Origin: Dicyema japonicum
Taxonomy: Eukaryota > Animalia > Dicyemida
Reading direction: 5' to 3'
Assembly (NCBI GenBank): GCA_011109175.1
Contig: RDEW01000043.1
Span: forward strand, 124,001-188,000
DNA: 64,000 nt
This document shows, piece by piece, positions 57,450-64,000 of this stretch. The position numbers and the translations under genes were made by a program. Within the stretch, counting starts at the first letter, position 1. Every line of letters starts with the position of its first letter. Under the pieces are notes generated by a model that worked only from the letters and a program-made list of their open reading frames with translations, had not been told where the DNA came from and did no database searches.

Positions 57450-60400
57450 ACTACTCGCTTCTAGACTTTTGTCCTCTTAGAAGAAAAGTCGTTGACCTGG
57501 ATCCCATTAGTTTCCACCTCACTCAACTTACCTGGAACGTCATTGTACTGGGCTGCTAATTCCACCAGGTGATTGGTTCCTGTAACCAGATCTTCCTCGA
57601 TTGTTTGGACCCATACTTATACTCCACCAACATGCTCTCCCACGTCTTTTTGAAGACAACGGATTGGATGTATGTTCTGGTTGGCGCATCGATTCCGGCT
57701 CCAAGTGAGATCTATAAGTCTTCGAAACGACACCGTCCAAGGTTAGAACAATAGGTATGACTTTGACTGGAGCACCATAAAGTAGCTTGAGCTCTCCAGC
57801 CAATAAATCGTACTTATGAAACTTTTCTATTTCAGCATTCTTCAATAACCCTTGAGAAGTAACTCCAATTTCAATAAATAAAACTTCATTCTTCTTTATC
57901 GTGGACAAAAATACCAGGTTTATTGAACCTGACCTGAGTATCTGTCTTTATGGAAGTGTCCACCCGGATTTCAACTCTCTGAGTATTAACTATGGAATTG
58001 ATAGAATGCGTCTTCAGTTTCTTCGACTTCTCGATGCCATACATTTTGCATAAGTGAAAATGTATGCATCTAACCACTTCATCGTGTTTTCTAATGTAGT
58101 CGCTGTTAAGCATCTTATTGCAACGTGTAGCCATATCATACACCGACTTTTCGACTTGTTACAGTTGTTGCATAGTGAATATTTATCCGTAAAAAACAAA
58201 ATCCTGATTGAAGAAGACAATACATAGTTTCGGATCTCGGACTATTGTTTCCGCTAGCCAACCACTCAGCGGATCCAACAACATCAATTAAAAAGTATAG
58301 TGGAGCGACTTTCTCCTGATACTATCCATCAGGGATTTCTGTTGATACTCCTTGATAGCATTAAGGCTTATTTGGGTGGGGTCCATCTTGTACTTGAAAG
58401 CAAGAAATCCTGTGAATGTGGTCATATGTGTTTTCTTAATATTAAGAACTCGCAGGATTGGTACAACATATACTCTTACGGGCAATCGACACTCTTTCGG
58501 ATAATCTTTCCTTGTTAGCAGGCTTTAGAATGCACTTTAAACTCTGTTAAGATACGGCGAATTTCAACATCAATAGACTCATATTCCTTCGGTTCCATGT
58601 TAATTAAGCCAATGTATTAAATTATAAAGGGACAAGGGATGCTCGTTAATTGCCTTAAACAGATTTACACCATTGAGCTTACTATGTACAAGTTTATCAT
58701 CCTCTTTCTCACATTTTCAGTAAAGGTATTCAAAACTTCATGTTTCATGACATTACTTCCTTTGTCTTCTAACACTCCGAGGTAGCGATAGCTTTCATGC
58801 TCATCCAGAGATTTCACATTTTTCATGCATCTAAAATTAGTGGCAGCAGTTTACGAATGACTATTTGTATGGACAGACTCCGCAATAGTTCGCATTTTTG
58901 ACTCGTTATCCATTCAAACAACTAGTCTGTTTTTTCAAATTTTCCGTATTTGAGGTATATTCGACCATCAATGACAATAAATTTCTCAGATTTTTCATTA
59001 ATTTGTATTTCGCTTGTCTTGAAAATGTCTATACAGGATAACCATTTGGAATGCTCACTATGAATTGATGTTCCATAATATTTTTGACAAAGCTTAGAAT
59101 TACTCTCCATTTGGTAGTAAACTCTTCACGAAATTTCTTATCCAATTTGTAAATAGTGAACATTCCAATACATGACAGAGAAAATCATGGTCGACTGAAT
59201 CATGTGCTTTCTTAACGTAGATCCAAGTTGCAAATAAATTATATTAATTGTTTATAAACTGATTGATTAAGGTTTGCTCTTTGGCGCATTCACACCTCGC
59301 TCCCATCTGATTGTCAGAGACGAGATGCTTCCAGATAATCAGTGAGTTTGGAATTAACACATTTAGTGAGTAATTTATATAAAATAGGCATGCACGTGAT
59401 TGGACGCAAATCATGGTGATTCTATGTTATTTTTTTAGGAATTAGATAGGTTACTACAGTGTAAGACCACATTATTCTAAATAATGTCCCCGGAACCAGA
59501 AAAGTTAACTAATTTGAGATTCCACTTTTGCCATGCAACTCTGGATACGCGCTGTAAGTCGTTTCCATCCTCTCCTGTTTCACGCAACCGCCCTCAGATC
59601 ATCCAGATCCTCTCCTGTTTTCAGTTTTCTTCCTATGAAAGTGAGTTCTTCTTTGTAAAACCACATGCCCGTGAATATTCCCCACTAACATTTATCGATA
59701 GCTCATCACACAGAACATCATGAAGGGCCTCAAATTTCTTGACAAAAAAGCAATAGACACTATCACACCCAGCTGTTTTCCAATTCGGTGAAAATTCAAT
59801 TATGTTCTTGATAAAGTCACGTGTTACATCCACTATAGACTCTTCCATCCCAGTTAGACATTCTCCGATAACGTTAAAAGATCTTGGACTTTCTACTTTC
59901 TCCCACACCGTTTTCCAAAAAAAACTCATCTTTCCCCACTTTACACACAGTGCGCTGAGTACCACTGGTAAGGCTTCGATAGAATTTCCTTCTGTTCAAT
60001 TCGAACACATAACTATCTCTCTAGAATCCTCTTCTCGATTCATAAGTTGCGAGTCTCTTCTCTAATATCCTTATTCTGTCATTTATTATAATTGTACTCT
60101 CGTAAGCTCCCCTTTTTTTGATTTTTTATATCCATAAAGTGTCAAGATGTCCATCATCTTGGTTTTTTGCTCTCTAAACGTACTGAGAAGGGAAAGGTTA
60201 TCTTAAGCTCGGAAATTTTTTTCCTGTACTATCTTTCCAAAAGCTTGCTGTTGAAATCTGGCTTTGGAACATTTTCAGTCACCAATTCGCATTTGTCTGA
60301 GTGGTCAACACTAGCGAACACAGCATTAAGAGGAAGGAGAAGATTAGACAAAGGTCGTACTTTAAGGTCCTGACATCTCACGGGGTTCACGCAGTTTCTG

Positions 60401-60500
60401 AGCTGGACGTCCAACTGTATTTTCATTAATTGCTTCAGTAGGAGGCCACCAGAATTTGTTCTTGCTTTTGAGAAAACTGACATACAAGGTGAAATTCAAA
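57450..60500 (-). mobile_element. R4/Dong-like element, near full length, decayed
   Basis: PNWKTAGCD, ATRCNKML..DYIRKHDEVVRCIH (CCHC), KPGIFVHDK, IEIGVTS...EKFHKYDLLA (RLE). Confidence 0.9.
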
Positions 60501-60629
60501 TCATAAATGACAATAAATCAGTCTTCTTATAAATAAACTATATTTATTTTTTATTAAACGATAAACTTAAAATTTATTATTTTAAAACAAATAATTTTAA
60601 TTAATCGTTATTATTACTACCATCATTTT

Positions 60630-63600
60630 TTGGTTGAGCTGGTGACGTGGCTCTTGATCTCAATGTCTGGAAAACACAGTTTCAAGTCATCGGACTTCTC
60701 CCTTCTCACGTTTAACGTCAGGGGACTCTCTAGCGTTTGGAAACGGAAGGAACTGGTCGAGGATCTTTCAAAATACAAGTTTCAATCGCCTGCCTTCAGG
60801 AGACCAAACTTATAAACGGGATCGAAGAACAACATGGGAACTTCCGACTAATCTTCCTTCCAGGTGGAAACAAGCACTATGGGCTAGGATTTGCGTCAGG
60901 AAAGATCTATCCAGGAGAGTCTGCCGATGTTACAATGTGAATGATAGAATCGGGGTGTTGCGATTGAAACTGGATGACCTCAACCCGTCGAAGAAATATC
61001 TAACTATAATAAACGTGTACGCCCCTCATAGTGGATGGCTTAATAAAAACCCTGATGAGATTGATGACTTTTACACCAGTCTTTCTGCCGTTTTCTCCAA
61101 GTATGCTCTCTCAACATTAGTAATGATCGCAGGAGACCTAAATGCGAAAGCTGGCACCCAGGTTACGACCGATGAGACATTCATGGGAAGGCATGGTAGG
61201 GGGAAAAGAAATCTCCCGGGAACTCTACTAGCTAACTTCTGTCAAACGAACAACCTATTTTTATGCAATACAGCCTTCATGCATCCAGCCAGACATAAAT
61301 CTACGTGGTCGGGACACAGAACAAACCCGAAGGGCGAGTGATAAATATGTACAACCAGATCGACTATATCATATGCAGGCAAAAAGATCGAGGAATTATA
61401 CTTGATGCACGAGCTTATGGTGGATCGATTATCGACAGCGACCACAAAATGGTTATTGCTAGACTTTCTCTAAAGAGATTTATGGTACTACAAAGAACGA
61501 AACGGAAGCACATTGAAACCACAGAACCCAACTATAGACGTTATAATCTGGAATCCTTAATCAGTCAATCAGAAGGGGCCCTAGAATTCAAAGAATATCT
61601 GGATGCAGAACTAGAAAACATGCCTACAGATTTGCCGCCCGGAAAATCCTGGGATTTTGTAAAGCACTCAATACATAAAGGAGCCAATCTGCATCTATTG
61701 AAAGAAAATGAGAAAACCCCATCGCACAATGAAATTTACACGGTGAAGGACCTTGCCAATAAACAGAAGACCATATGGATGCTATATCAAAATACTGACG
61801 ATTCGAACGTAAAATCAAAATTGCGGCTAGAAAGAAAAACTATCAAAGCAAAAATAAGAAAAACTATACGCCAGCATAACAGAAATAAAGCACTGGACCA
61901 GATTAAGAAGATAGAATCTCTCAAGGACAACGCTAGATTTTACGAGGCTGTGAAACAGATGAAAGGAAATAGAGCCCATCAACCGATAATGATAAGAGAT
62001 GACAAAGGAACGCAAATTGTGGACCAAATGGAAGTGGCTGAAATTATCGCTGCCCACTTTGGAAAACTTTTTGACCCAAGGAACGACACTATCAACCTAG
62101 AACGAGGAAAATTGGACGAGGAAATCACACCATATGAAGTTGAACTTGCGAGTTCCAAGTTGAAAAACAACAGGACTCCTGGCCCCGACGGACTCGCTGG
62201 TGAATTCTTCAAATATGGAACCCAAAAGCTGTATGAATGCATCGCTAGGATCCTGAATGAAATGTACTATTATGGTCACACGCTGACCCTGGGAGAGGGT
62301 ATCTTGATACCTGTACATAAGGCGAATAAACCAAGATCTAAGGTGGAGAACCTCCGTCCGGTCATATTAATGAATTCACTTCGGAAAATTCTGGCGAACA
62401 TAACATTACAAAGGATGGAAGGACGCCTAGATACTTTTCTGTCGCCATACCACAGCGGATTCCGAAAAGGAAGATCTACTTCCGATGTTTTGTGGTCCCA
62501 CAAGTGGAGATCTGCGGCCGTTCAAAAGTTCAAAATGTCTACAACCATCCTCGGAATCGACATTTCGAGGGCCTTCGACTCTGTCGACAGACGGAGGCTA
62601 ATACTGGTTTTGGAAAGTTTCCTAGACGCTTCACTGTCAGAATGGCCACCACCCTCCTAGCTGATACTTGGCTCACTGTAAGAGTCGGGGGAGCCTTGTC
62701 TCGCCGATTTGAGACGACTGTTGGCACTCCACAGGGAGACCCATTATCACCTATACTTTTTGTCATATACCTTGAAGCTGCTTTACGGGAGTCAAAACCG
62801 ATAATGGGTGAAAAGACAAACATTATTGCGTATGCTGACGACGTAGACTTTATTTCAAATGACAAAATACCGCTCACCCGCTTGATGGAAGAAGTGTCTG
62901 GAAGACTAGCCGAATGGTTCCTAACAGTAAATCCGGACAAGACTGACGTAACTGAACTCAAGAGGGAAGAAACAAGGACGGAGGAGTACTGGCGCAAATG
63001 CAAAAAGCTTGGCTCCCTCCTAGGAGACCATGAAGAAATTACGAGAAGGAAAACCCTAGCACAAACTGCCCTCTCCAGATTAAAGAACATCTGGCTTCAC
63101 AAAAAGGGCCTTGACATTATAACAAAAACTCGATTATACAACTCGCTAGTGAAACCCATACTACTATATAACGCTGGTACCTGGGCCTGCTCAAGAAATG
63201 AACTGAAGAGGCTTAATGCGTTTCATAGAGACCAACTACGGCATATGATGTTCGAAAGAAGTGATACGAGGATGTCATCTAATCTTCTCTATAAGAGGAC
63301 GAAGACCTCAGAAATTTCTAATGAGATTCTGGATACACGATGGAGGCTTTTCGGCCATATTCTGCGACTGGACCTAGATGCCCCCGCGAACGTAGCCATG
63401 GAGGATTACTTCATGTTGGAGGCCCCCCGTTTCCGTGGTCGCCCAAGGACGACACTGGCAGTCGTTCTCGACGAGGACCTCAAAGAAATGGGACGGCATC
63501 TTGCAAGTGGAGAGGATCTGGACTGGTTGCGCGCTGCGGCTTTGAATAGGAGGAAGTGGATGAAACTAACCAGTGATTTGCTAACTCGTGTTGCACATGC

Positions 63601-63650
63601 TTTGTCAAGTCCTATGACATAGCGATAAGTGCTTAAATAATAATAATTTC
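60630..63650 (+). mobile_element. RTE-like element, near full length (APE plus RT), about 4 frameshifts
   Basis: TFNVRGL, ACLQET, INVYAPH, AGDLNAK, NQIDYI, SDH; RT TPGPDG, RPVILMNS, GTPQGDPLSPILF, YADD; (TAA)n tail at 63637-63648. Confidence 0.95.
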
Positions 63651-64000
63651 CATTCAGCTTAATCTCCTCCTCTTTGCCTCTAGGCACGACGATAATGTTA
63701 CATTCGTTTTTATCAGGCTGTGAGTTTTCTAGGAATCGTCAAGGAAGTCATTCCATATTTGTTCTCTATACGCATTCTCTCCAAGGTTTTCTTGATGACG
63801 GTTGATTGAATATATGCTCGAGTTGGCGCCTCAACCTTCAGACAATTGTTATGATGTTTGTAGAATTTGCTCACAATACCATCCCATGCTAGTACGATTG
63901 GTACAATATTAACTTTAGCATTGTGGATAGATGCCAATTAATTTGCAAATCATATTTTTGTAATTTTTCGACCTCGACTTGTTTCAACGCCTGTTGAGAG
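63645..64000 (-). mobile_element. R4/Dong-like element, 3' end (continues beyond the window)
   Basis: ORF 63713..63937 IVPIVLAWDGIVSK...RAYIQSTVIKKTLE. Confidence 0.85.

Noticed and set aside
61624-63687. Long antisense ORFs over the RTE and CRE elements (e.g. 62539..63090)
   Set aside because: Shadow ORFs of the RT reading frame with no independent coding signal.

Overview
AT-rich nuclear DNA from a compact eukaryote with the standard genetic code and almost uniformly tiny spliceosomal introns (about 47 inferred by hand; nearly all 21-27 nt, one 138 nt). This architecture is typical of reduced parasite genomes, but I cannot assign the taxon from the sequence. Host genes recovered by manual splicing: eEF2 (10692-13551 +), cohesin SA/Scc3 (24963-28476 -), deoxyribose-phosphate aldolase (41405-42339 -), COX15 (52757-54049 +), two spliced orphan genes (22002-22738 +, 49742-50575 +), tRNA-Pro(TGG) and an intronless tRNA-Tyr(GTA). 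Most of the rest is nested, mostly decayed non-LTR retrotransposons of four types (CRE-like, R4/Dong-like, RTE-like, I/Jockey-group), plus Tc1/IS630-like, pogo-like and integrase remnants. The most system-like observation is a modular set of tRNA-headed SINEs that share a 5' head but carry 3' tails matching different LINE 3' ends present in the same window (two RTE subfamilies and an I/Jockey-group LINE). Other notable points: a perfect 12-bp leader/D-arm complement on tRNA-Tyr, two anomalous splice junctions (eEF2, Scc3), a divergent eEF2 diphthamide loop, and a PHD-like finger at the N-terminus of a CRE element. All family calls are from motif recognition by eye; no database searches were run, and boundaries of decayed elements are approximate.
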